A stretch of 64,000 nt of DNA from Dehalococcoidia bacterium (GTDB lineage: Bacteria > Chloroflexota > Dehalococcoidia > GIF9 > AB-539-J10), in NCBI GenBank assembly GCA_009619075.1, contig WJOY01000027.1, positions 662 through 64,661 on the forward strand. The letters are read 5' to 3'. Position 1 is the first letter of the stretch, and each line of letters starts with the position of its first letter. Of this stretch, positions 43,884 through 52,069 are shown piece after piece. The notes beneath the pieces are model-generated. The model had not been told where the DNA came from and did no database searches. It saw nothing but the letters and a program-made list of their open reading frames with translations. A program made the translations under genes and the position numbers.

Positions 43884-44576
43884 ATGAACCAAACTCAAAA
43901 AACTCAAACAACTCTCATTGTTCCCGCCTATAACGAAGAGGATGGGCTTCCCATTGTGATGGAGAAGATATTCAAAGTCATTAATGGAAGCTATGAGGTG
44001 ATAGTTGTGGATGATGGCTCAACCGACAGAACCTCAGAGGTTGCCTCCCAATTCTCCTGCCGGGCTATAAGACACGAAGTAAATCGAGGCAAAGGTGAAG
44101 CTCTTAAAACTGGCATCAAAAATGCCGTAAGCGACAATATCATCTGGACAGATGCCGACGATACCTATCCCGTGGAACTTATCCCTCAGATGGTAGAAGC
44201 CTTAGATAGCTATGATGTGGTAGTCTGCTCCAGAAAATATGGCCGGGGGAATATCCCCCGCTTTAACCGCCTTGGCAATTGGCTCTTTCGCACCCTAATA
44301 AGGAATATTTATGGCTTCAAGCCTTATGACCCCTGCACCGGGCTCTATGGAGCCAAAAAGTGCCATCTTGAGAGGATGAACCTCTCGTCCAAACGCTTTG
44401 CCATTGAGCCTGAAATCTCCATCAAAGGAAGCCGCATGAAACTTAGAATGCTGGAAATTCCCATAGAATATAAAGCCAGGGTCGGGAGTGCCAAACTCAA
44501 CGCTATAAAAGTAGGCTTTGAAGACCTCTGGACCATTTTAAAATTTATCTTCTGGAGAGAGAATAGATACTCATAG
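43884..44576 (+). CDS. GT2 glycosyltransferase (polyprenol-phosphate sugar synthase-like)
   Basis: 230 aa with LIVPAYNEEDGL, VVDDGSTDRT and DADDTYP. Confidence 0.85.
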   Translation: MNQTQKTQTTLIVPAYNEEDGLPIVMEKIFKVINGSYEVIVVDDGSTDRTSEVASQFSCRAIRHEVNRGKGEALKTGIKNAVSDNIIWTDADDTYPVELIPQMVEALDSYDVVVCSRKYGRGNIPRFNRLGNWLFRTLIRNIYGFKPYDPCTGLYGAKKCHLERMNLSSKRFAIEPEISIKGSRMKLRMLEIPIEYKARVGSAKLNAIKVGFEDLWTILKFIFWRENRYS

Positions 44577-44665
44577 ATACTTGTAGAGATTAAGAGATTG
44601 GAGATTGGGTGATTAAATGGAGATTAACAGAAACTTATAGAGATTAGGAGATTGATAGAAATCGG
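44558..44665. repeat. left arm of four-helix-bundle cassette 3 (GAGATT words)
   Basis: ...TAGAGATTAAGAGATTGGAGATTGGGTGATTAAATGGAGATTAACAGAAACTTATAGAGATTAGGAGATTGATAGAAATC. Confidence 0.75.
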
Positions 44666-44673
44666 GAAATGCC

Positions 44674-45123
44674 ATGACTTACGATAAATCTCAGCCAACT
44701 ACAACAAGTCTCAAGGGGATAAACTCGTTTGAAGACCTTGAAGTCTGGCAAATGGGCAAGGATATTGTTATGAAGATTTACCACTTAACCAAAGACTTTC
44801 CTAAACAAGAATCATTTGGGCTAACTTCACAGATGAGAGAGTCAGCTCTTTCTGTTCCTGCCAACATTGCTGAAGGTTTCGGCCGTTATCATTATATGGA
44901 CAAGGCTAAGTTTTACCTTAATGCCAGAGGCTCGCTCTATGAGCTTAAAAGCCATCTCCTCATTGCCCAGGAGCTTGGATACTTTAATGAATCTCTACCA
45001 GTCTCAACTAATATCAGTAAATCTCAGTCAATTACCAGTCTCTTTAACATGATTGACAACCTAAGCCTAAAGCTTAACAATCTCATCACCGCAACTAGAA
45101 AATTAAGCAAGGGGGCTCAGTGA
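44674..45123 (+). CDS. four-helix-bundle protein (23S rRNA IVS / Avd-like family)
   Basis: 149 aa with LEVWQMGKDIVMKIYHLT, SALSVPANIAEGFGRYHYMDKAKFYLNARGSLYELKSHLLIAQELGY. Confidence 0.8.
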   Translation: MTYDKSQPTTTSLKGINSFEDLEVWQMGKDIVMKIYHLTKDFPKQESFGLTSQMRESALSVPANIAEGFGRYHYMDKAKFYLNARGSLYELKSHLLIAQELGYFNESLPVSTNISKSQSITSLFNMIDNLSLKLNNLITATRKLSKGAQ

Positions 45124-45176
45124 GCCAATGAATCTCAATGAATCTCCACCAATCTCAATTAATCTCGAATCTCTAA
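45124..45176. repeat. right arm of cassette 3 (AATCTC words)
   Basis: GCCAATGAATCTCAATGAATCTCCACCAATCTCAATTAATCTCGAATCTCTAAAGG. It is the reverse complement in words of 44558-44665 and encodes the N-terminus of the next GT2. Confidence 0.75.
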
Positions 45177-46201
45177 AGGTTTCGGTCATCATCTGCTGCT
45201 ACACTATGGAGCGCCTTAACGACATAAAAGAGGCAGTGGAATCAGTCCTTAACCAGACATTAAAGCCACACGAGGTAATATTAGCCATAGACCACAACAA
45301 AGAACTTTTTAGGAAACTTGTAGAGACTTATAGAGATTCAATAGAGATTCGTAGAAAGTTTCCCAATCTCAATGGGTCTCAACCAATTTCAATTAAAATC
45401 GTCCTCAACACTGGCGCTCCCGGTATTTCAGTAACAAGGAATTTAGGAATTCGCACAGCTACCGGACACTTCATTGCCTTTATGGATGATGATGCCATAG
45501 CTGATAAAAACTGGTTGGAGATTCTTATAAGAAACCTTTCGCAAAATCCTTCAGCGGCGGTAATAGGGGGTAAGTGCATCCTTATTTGGCCTAAAGAGAA
45601 GCGCCCTCTCTGGTTTGCTGAGGAGCTTGATTGGATTGTAGGGGGGACTTATAAGGGGATGCCTGTATCTTCAAATGGGCAAATACGAAACGTCTCAGGC
45701 TGTAATATGCTTGCCACAAAGGAGCTTTTTGAAAAAGCAGGCCTTTTCAGCACCAGGATAGGAGCAGTAGCTGGGTTTCTTAGAGGAGCGGAAGAGGCAG
45801 AGATGTGCTTGAGACTCAAAAAGGCTTTTCCTGAGAAGCCCATTTTGTATGAGCCGGAAGCCATCGTACATCACAAAGTTCACCTTCATCGCTTAACTTT
45901 AGGGTATATCATCAGGCGTTCCTTCGATGAAGGTTTCAGCAAAGCCAAAGTCCAAAAACTCCACCGACGAACTCTGTCAACCCAACAAACTCTAGACTCT
46001 CGACTCAGGACTTTCGACTCAGGACTTTCGACTGAACATTCCTACCTCCGCTACCTCTTCTTCACCTCCATCCCCGAAAGGCTGAGGCACTTTTACCAAA
46101 AAAGTAGCTTTCTTCAAGCAGCCACCATTATAATAAGCATAGCTGCCACAGGCGCTGGTTATCTCATAGGAAAGATAAAAACCCAGAACTTAGAACCTTG
46201 A
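45128..46201 (+). CDS. GT2 glycosyltransferase with C-terminal TM helix and internal simple-sequence insertions
   Basis: 357 aa with VSVIICCYT, ISVTRNLGIRTATG and FMDDDA. Insertions are encoded at 45319-45400 and 45988-46037. Confidence 0.8.
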   Translation: MNLNESPPISINLESLKVSVIICCYTMERLNDIKEAVESVLNQTLKPHEVILAIDHNKELFRKLVETYRDSIEIRRKFPNLNGSQPISIKIVLNTGAPGISVTRNLGIRTATGHFIAFMDDDAIADKNWLEILIRNLSQNPSAAVIGGKCILIWPKEKRPLWFAEELDWIVGGTYKGMPVSSNGQIRNVSGCNMLATKELFEKAGLFSTRIGAVAGFLRGAEEAEMCLRLKKAFPEKPILYEPEAIVHHKVHLHRLTLGYIIRRSFDEGFSKAKVQKLHRRTLSTQQTLDSRLRTFDSGLSTEHSYLRYLFFTSIPERLRHFYQKSSFLQAATIIISIAATGAGYLIGKIKTQNLEP

Positions 46202-46220
46202 ACGTAGAACATAGAAAGAG

Positions 46221-46279
46221 GAACAATTATAATAAGCATAATAGGCACCGGGACAGGTTATCTAGTAGGAAAGGCAAAC
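46221..46279. repeat. degenerate duplicate of the GT2 gene 3' tail (copy 2)
   Basis: ACAATTATAATAAGCATAATAGGCACCGGGACAGGTTATCTAGTAGGAAAGGCAAAC aligns with ACCATTATAATAAGCATAGCTGCCACAGGCGCTGGTTATCTCATAGGAAAGATAAAAAC at 46124-46181. Confidence 0.7.
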
Positions 46280-47023
46280 ATGATTGGATTTTTGAAGGCG
46301 GGTAACGCTAGAGAATCAGGCCTGGAAATTGTTTTAAACCAACTGGAAGCATTGTCTATATCAAGTGGGTTGCACACTAAGAAAGAAAAGCGATTACTGT
46401 GGGATTTAGCTAAGTGCAAAGGGGCGGGTGCCATCGTAGAAATAGGAAGCTTTGAAGGTTATTCTACCATTATCTTGGCTAAAAGCTTAAATGGCTTTGG
46501 TTGTGTATATGCCATTGACCCACATACAGGCAAACTATGTGATAGCGATGAAATTAAGTCGTCCCTTAGGTGCGATACCTGGACTCGGTTCAATCAAAAC
46601 ATTCAAGATACTGAGGTTTTTTCGATGGTTCGTCCTATAAAATTAAAAAGTGAAGAGGCTGTAGTAGGTTGGGATAATCCGTTAAAACTCCTTTGGATTG
46701 ATGGCTCTCATAGATATGAGGATGTGAAGAAGGATTTCTTGCTTTGGTATCCTTATCTGTTACTTGGTGGAGTAGTTGTTTTCCACGATTGTTGGATTGC
46801 GGGTGTGCGTAGAGTCATAGTTAATCATCTCCTTCGGAACCGTCTCTTTGGCGAGTTTGAATTTACTCCGTGTTGTATGTTCCGTGCGACTTATCTAGGC
46901 AAGGAGCATGGATTATATCTACAGAGAAGCTTCTGGCGCTTAGTTTTTTGGTTAAGAGGCGCTATTGAGGAGAAGTACGCATTAAGGAAGTGGCTGTTAC
47001 ACTTGCTAAGGTGGTTAAGCTGA
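46280..47023 (+). CDS. class I SAM-dependent methyltransferase (Methyltransf_24-like)
   Basis: 247 aa with IVEIGSFEGYSTIILA, and LLWIDGSHRYEDV. Confidence 0.7.
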   Translation: MIGFLKAGNARESGLEIVLNQLEALSISSGLHTKKEKRLLWDLAKCKGAGAIVEIGSFEGYSTIILAKSLNGFGCVYAIDPHTGKLCDSDEIKSSLRCDTWTRFNQNIQDTEVFSMVRPIKLKSEEAVVGWDNPLKLLWIDGSHRYEDVKKDFLLWYPYLLLGGVVVFHDCWIAGVRRVIVNHLLRNRLFGEFEFTPCCMFRATYLGKEHGLYLQRSFWRLVFWLRGAIEEKYALRKWLLHLLRWLS

Positions 47024-47060
47024 TGTTTAACTAGCTATATCAATGTTTAACCGCCAAACT

Positions 47061-47115
47061 GTTGCTACTGGTGCAGGCTATTTCATGGGAAAGATAAAAA
47101 CCTAGAACTTAGAAC
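47061..47115. repeat. third copy of the GT2 3' tail
   Basis: GTTGCTACTGGTGCAGGCTATTTCATGGGAAAGATAAAAACCTAGAACTTAGAAC versus GCTGCCACAGGCGCTGGTTATCTCATAGGAAAGATAAAAACCCAGAACTTAGAAC at 46142-46196. About 45 of 54 positions match by eye. Confidence 0.75.
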
Positions 47116-47116
47116 A

Positions 47117-48835
47117 TTGGATATGGAATTCAGGCAACTAACATCGCACTGGTCGGCAAAGCAAATTTCAATCTTGTTGACCATAATTGCCTTGATACTC
47201 TGGGCTCATAGCATCACTCAAGCCAAGCTCAACATTGGTTTCTATGGCCTTATCCATAGTTTTCCTCTTACCTTCTTTGTAGCTCTGGGTATTCTTACCA
47301 TCGCCTCAGCTATTCTCTGGGTCTCTAAAGAAAGTCACCAAAAGCTGCTGTTATTGCAACTATTGCTATTAATTACAGCTCTTTGGTTAGTCCCCTTGCT
47401 AATAGGCACGCGCCCTTTCTGCGGCGATGCATATAGAAATTTGTGGCTAATCACTGAGATTACAGAACGAGGAAAACTTTTTGATTACATGTATCTTTTT
47501 TGGCCAGGAGCTTTCCTCCTTTTCCCTACGATGGCCAAGCTGGCCTCTATAAGCTTTGGCTCAATAATGAATATTTCTTCATTTTTTATGCAACTGCTTT
47601 ATCTTTTGCCCCTATATGTCTTCTTGAGGAACATCCTTGGCGAAGCCCGAATTAATTATTGCTGGGCTGGGCTCTGGATTTTCTCTCTTGCTAATTGGAT
47701 TGAAGAAGGATATTTTAGCCCAAGTGGCACCGCTTACTTCTTACTGCTAGTACTACTCGCCTTGGTAACCGCTCCTTCCTTTTGGGAAAGAAGCGCTAAA
47801 TCTGTTGTGCTTCTATCATTGGCGATCGTCACTTTTGCTGCACTAGCAATCACCCATTTGCTTACCTCCCTTGCCGCCTTATGCATTCTTGCTGTCCTAT
47901 GTGCTGTAAAGAGAAATAAAAGAGTAGCACCTGTTGTAGCAGTTTGTTTTCTTCTTGTAATATCCTGGGACATTATTGGCACTGGAGGTTATATGACCAA
48001 GCAAATCACATCTCAGCCTCTTGTCACTACTGTTAGCACAACACCACCGGGCGAGACAACACCACCGGGCGAGACAACACCACCGGGCGAGACAACACCA
48101 CCAAGCGAGGTAACACCTGGGATACTTACCTTCGACCCTAGACCGCTAGTAGAGCAGCAAGTCACCGGACATATAGCAGGTAGTGAGTCCCACATCACCG
48201 TGGTTAGGCTAAGGATATTATTTTCAGCGCTAATTGCTGCATTAGCACTTGGTGGTGCTATCCTTCTTTTAGTTAGAAAAAAATTTCGTGCTGCTATTCC
48301 CATCATAGCTATTGCCTTAGCCCCTATACTGCTTTTTCCTATTAGTGGTTATTGTTATCAGCCCCATTTTACTCTGCGCCTTTATTTCTTCTTGCTACCA
48401 CCTATGGCATATTTTGCCACAAACCTTTTGGATACAAGGAGAAAAGCAGTTGCTGCCATCCTGTGCCTCATATTAATTACCGCTATCCCGCTGCATATTG
48501 TAAGCCACTATGGAAACCAAGCCTTCGACTACTGGTCTCCGAGTTATATAGCTGGCTTCCGCTATGTTGACGGAGTAAAAAAGGATAGCGACTATCCCTT
48601 CGCCAAACTCAGCCAGCTTAGCTGGGAAGATAACCAATTGGTTTTTGATGACAATTTTCCAAATCAAGAGCATTACTTTGCCATCAGCCAGCATGACGAC
48701 GCCTCCTATGATTTTTTATTTAACCAGCCCCAACTTGTCGACGAAGTCTGGAATTGGCTATACAACTCAGGGGATTATGATTGTATCTATGCCAACCCAG
48801 ATTTTGACCTTTATGTGAGAGAAATCGGAAGTTAG
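47117..48835 (+). CDS. large polytopic membrane protein (possible glycan polymerase or GT-C-like) with TTPPGE repeat linker
   Basis: 572 aa with more than 10 hydrophobic segments. A central TTPPGETTPPGETTPPGETTPPSE linker is present. No family motif was recognised. An ATG at 47123 is an alternative start. Confidence 0.6.
   Translation: MDMEFRQLTSHWSAKQISILLTIIALILWAHSITQAKLNIGFYGLIHSFPLTFFVALGILTIASAILWVSKESHQKLLLLQLLLLITALWLVPLLIGTRPFCGDAYRNLWLITEITERGKLFDYMYLFWPGAFLLFPTMAKLASISFGSIMNISSFFMQLLYLLPLYVFLRNILGEARINYCWAGLWIFSLANWIEEGYFSPSGTAYFLLLVLLALVTAPSFWERSAKSVVLLSLAIVTFAALAITHLLTSLAALCILAVLCAVKRNKRVAPVVAVCFLLVISWDIIGTGGYMTKQITSQPLVTTVSTTPPGETTPPGETTPPGETTPPSEVTPGILTFDPRPLVEQQVTGHIAGSESHITVVRLRILFSALIAALALGGAILLLVRKKFRAAIPIIAIALAPILLFPISGYCYQPHFTLRLYFFLLPPMAYFATNLLDTRRKAVAAILCLILITAIPLHIVSHYGNQAFDYWSPSYIAGFRYVDGVKKDSDYPFAKLSQLSWEDNQLVFDDNFPNQEHYFAISQHDDASYDFLFNQPQLVDEVWNWLYNSGDYDCIYANPDFDLYVREIGS
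48038..48109 (+). repeat. 18 bp tandem repeat, 4 copies (ACAACACCACCGGGCGAG)
   Basis: Three perfect copies are followed by one copy with two changes. It is in frame and encodes TTPPGE x3 plus TTPPSE. Confidence 0.95.
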
Positions 48836-48837
48836 AG

Positions 48838-50007
48838 ATGCAAATCTTACAAGTAGGAACCGGTTTTGCGCCGATACCACCCAGGGGGGCCTCTGGAACG
48901 GAGAGAACCATTCATTTCCTCTCCGTTGCTTTAGCTGCCTTGGAGCATGAGGTCACGGTGCTTGATATTGTCACGGAAGACCGTGCCCCAACTCCTTATC
49001 AATTGGCTGAAGTTCCGTTGCGGTGGCAAAAAGACATTAACTTAATGACTCACATTTTGCGAGGGTTTAGTTTTCGATTGGCTTCGGGACGTGGATTAAA
49101 GGATTTGTTAAGCAAGAACAATTTTGACATTATTAACTTCCATAATCAGTTCTCGGCTCATCATATTGATTTAGCTCACCAATATAATATACCGACAGTT
49201 TATTCTTTACACAACGCCCTGTGGTATAACGATTGGGCTTGCCGTTCACAATGGCAAAGGCTTAAATTCTTCCAAGATATAAGAGCAATGCAAAAGGCAG
49301 ATGCCATCATTTGCTTCAATAACGCCACGCGTTCAAACCTGGCACGTTATTTTGGCATTGCTCCAAACAAGATAGCAGTGATATCCAACGGAATCGACGA
49401 AAAGTGGCTGACCAATGGGGAAGTGTCAGAGGAGATAAAAACTCAATATACTCCCAGCAATGAACCTATCGTCCTTAACGTAGGTCGCATTGCTCCTTAT
49501 AAAAATCAGCTCACCTTAGCCCAAGCTATTCCCCTAGTGGTGCAAAAAATACCTGAAGTGCGTTTTCTCTTTATAGGTCCAATAGCCGATAGAAGTTATT
49601 TTCACAAAGTGCAAAGAGCTATTGCTGATGCTGAAGTGGGGAACCATATAAGCTTTCTTGGGGAGATCTCATATGTTGAGCTTCCTGAATTCTACTCTCT
49701 GTGCAAAGTATTTGTTTGTCCATCAGCTTCCGAAGGAATGCCCACAGTGATACTAGAGGCGATGGCAAAAGGTAAGCCAGTAGTGGCGTCAGATATTGAG
49801 CCATTTCGTGAAGCACTGCCTGAAGGGGTTGGTATAACCGTGCCCACTTTTGACCACGAGGCTTTAGCAAAGGTTATCATAAATTTATTGAAAAATGAGC
49901 AACTTCGGAAAGAAATGGGGCAGCGGGCAAAAGAGCATGTTCGGCTTAATTATACCTGGCAGAATGTAGCAAGGATAACAGCACAAGTTTACCAAGGGGT
50001 AATATGA
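48838..50007 (+). CDS. GT4-family glycosyltransferase
   Basis: 389 aa with the C-terminal E-x7-E region PSASEGMPTVILEAMAKGKPVVASD. Confidence 0.85.
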   Translation: MQILQVGTGFAPIPPRGASGTERTIHFLSVALAALEHEVTVLDIVTEDRAPTPYQLAEVPLRWQKDINLMTHILRGFSFRLASGRGLKDLLSKNNFDIINFHNQFSAHHIDLAHQYNIPTVYSLHNALWYNDWACRSQWQRLKFFQDIRAMQKADAIICFNNATRSNLARYFGIAPNKIAVISNGIDEKWLTNGEVSEEIKTQYTPSNEPIVLNVGRIAPYKNQLTLAQAIPLVVQKIPEVRFLFIGPIADRSYFHKVQRAIADAEVGNHISFLGEISYVELPEFYSLCKVFVCPSASEGMPTVILEAMAKGKPVVASDIEPFREALPEGVGITVPTFDHEALAKVIINLLKNEQLRKEMGQRAKEHVRLNYTWQNVARITAQVYQGVI

Positions 50008-50774
50008 AGAATTTTCGTATAAAGACATTGAAAGATGGTAGGACAATGTTAAATTTAGGTTGTGGACCTAAGACAAACTGGGAGTGGAACAACATAGATT
50101 TCTCTCCTTATGCCACTTTAGCACGCCACAGAACGTTCGCAAGAATCCTACTAAAGGTTAGTATTTTAGATAAGGAAAGATACCTTATGTCGGTCAAAAT
50201 CGACCCCGATATAATCCGTTGGGATTTACGCAATGGGATTCCATTTGAAGATGAGACATTTGATGTTGTTTATCATTCCCACTTCTTAGAGCATCTTGAT
50301 AGAGGGTTAGCTCTTCCATTCTTAAGGGAGTGCTATCGGGTTCTGAAGAGAAATAGCATTATCAGGGTAGTTGTACCTAGTCTTGAAGCTATGGTTAATG
50401 ACTATATTGCTTCCATCTCTGCTTTAGAAAGTGGGGATGAAACTAGCTTTACTGCACACGAAGAAGCAGTTCGAGAGCTTATCGAACCAATGGTTTATCG
50501 GGAGCATCCTACCACGAGGCAGCAGTCGGTTTTGCAAAGAATAGTGGAGCGAGTTGTAAGAGGGAATGCAAGAAAGGCTGGTGAATTACATCGGTGGATA
50601 TATGATTCTTATACCCTAGGAGCACTGCTACTGAGTGTCGGTTTCTCCGACGTTGAAGCTGAAGATGCATTTACGAGTAGGATTGAGAACTTCAATTCTT
50701 TTTGCCTTGATTTAAATGAAGACGGTAGTGTATACAAATCGGGTTCACTTTGGATGGAAGCTGTGAAAAAGTGA
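50004..50774 (+). CDS. SAM-dependent methyltransferase
   Basis: 256 aa with MLNLGCGPK and FDVVYHSHFLEHL. Confidence 0.75.
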   Translation: MKNFRIKTLKDGRTMLNLGCGPKTNWEWNNIDFSPYATLARHRTFARILLKVSILDKERYLMSVKIDPDIIRWDLRNGIPFEDETFDVVYHSHFLEHLDRGLALPFLRECYRVLKRNSIIRVVVPSLEAMVNDYIASISALESGDETSFTAHEEAVRELIEPMVYREHPTTRQQSVLQRIVERVVRGNARKAGELHRWIYDSYTLGALLLSVGFSDVEAEDAFTSRIENFNSFCLDLNEDGSVYKSGSLWMEAVKK

Positions 50775-50825
50775 GGAGAACAGCCCAAGTTTATAATACT
50801 CTCAAGAAGAGAATTACTTAGAACA

Positions 50826-52043
50826 ATGAAACATAATCAGCAGAGGAACACAAATATCCTTCTTATCGGGACTGCTTTATCATATAATCAAGGAACAGCA
50901 GCCCAAGCTTTAAGTGCATACAGGTCTCTAAAGGAGTTTAATCCCAGTTCAAGGTTCACATTGATATCTCCTTATCCATCATCTGACTCTAAGCAATGTG
51001 CCAAATATGGCATTAACATGATTAATGGCTCACTGGCAAGATTGCTATTTCATTTTCCTTCCATATTACGAGAATATAAGAGAGCCGATGTTATTATATC
51101 GCTTCATGGCGATTCTTATAGCGACGATTATCATGCTTTTGATATTCCATGGTTGCCTTCATCTTTCCTCCCCTGGGCTCAGATCTTCTGGGGTATTCTA
51201 CTAAGAAAACCAGTAGTAATCTATCCCCAATCTATAGGACCTTTCAAAACTAGGTTGACTAGGTTCTTGGCAAGGGTTGCACTTAATAAAACTAGAGTCA
51301 TAATGGCAAGAGGACAAATAACTTATGAATATCTTAGAGGGATTGGCATTGATGAAGCACGAATGCATTTAGTTGTGGATTCAGCTTTTCTCCTGGAGCC
51401 ATCTCCTCCCGAAAGAGTAGAGGAAATATTATCAACTGAGAATATCAATAAGAACACTGCCCCTCTCATTGGGATGTCAATTAGTCAATCAATTATTCAA
51501 TTTTCTGGGTTTAAGGAAAGGGGGGAAAGAAGGGGTTCGTATATAACATTGATGGCGCAGGTAGTGGATTACTTGGTTAATAAGCTAGACGCTACAATAG
51601 TATTTGTGCCTTCCGTTATAGGTCCGTCAAAGGAGCTGGATGATAGAATCATAGGGCATGAGGTATTTAGCAAAGTGAAACACAAAGACAGAGTTATTAA
51701 AATTACTAATGAATATACACCCGAGGAGTTTAGGGGGGTAGTTGGGCATTGTGATTTATTCATTGGCGCTAGGATGCATGCCAATATTGCTGCTCTTTCA
51801 ATGCATGTTCCCACTATAGCAATTGGGTTTAGTCATAAAACACCTGAAATCATGATGTCTGTGGGCCAGGACAAGTACATTTGTGACATTAAGGGCGTAA
51901 CATTTGAAGAATTGGTGTCAAAAATTGATGATGCTTGGCATAATAGAGAAAAGATAAGAGAAGATTTAGAATCTAGTGTAAAGGTAATGCGTGAAAATTT
52001 GATATCTACCATTGGTCTAATTAAACAGCTCTTGTCTGATTGA
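50826..52043 (+). CDS. polysaccharide pyruvyl transferase family protein
   Basis: 405 aa with HGDSYSDDY and IGARMHANIAALSMHVPTIAIGFSHKT, resembling WcaK/CsaB-type enzymes. Confidence 0.75.
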   Translation: MKHNQQRNTNILLIGTALSYNQGTAAQALSAYRSLKEFNPSSRFTLISPYPSSDSKQCAKYGINMINGSLARLLFHFPSILREYKRADVIISLHGDSYSDDYHAFDIPWLPSSFLPWAQIFWGILLRKPVVIYPQSIGPFKTRLTRFLARVALNKTRVIMARGQITYEYLRGIGIDEARMHLVVDSAFLLEPSPPERVEEILSTENINKNTAPLIGMSISQSIIQFSGFKERGERRGSYITLMAQVVDYLVNKLDATIVFVPSVIGPSKELDDRIIGHEVFSKVKHKDRVIKITNEYTPEEFRGVVGHCDLFIGARMHANIAALSMHVPTIAIGFSHKTPEIMMSVGQDKYICDIKGVTFEELVSKIDDAWHNREKIREDLESSVKVMRENLISTIGLIKQLLSD

Positions 52044-52069
52044 TAAAGTTAAGGGAAGCAGACAGCCTG

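Noticed and set aside
40504-45123. A diversity-generating retroelement, because the four-helix-bundle proteins share the Avd fold and arm partners differ at A/G positions.
   Set aside because: The window has no reverse transcriptase gene and no template/variable repeat pair in a target gene C-terminus. The A/G differences lie between complementary arms, not between direct TR/VR copies. The idea is kept only as a family relationship.
38629-46222. CRISPR array as an explanation for the repeated short words.
   Set aside because: There is no constant 25-40 nt repeat alternating with unique spacers. The words are 6-9 nt, occur in degenerate tandem chains, and lie between and inside co-directional genes. 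No cas genes are present.
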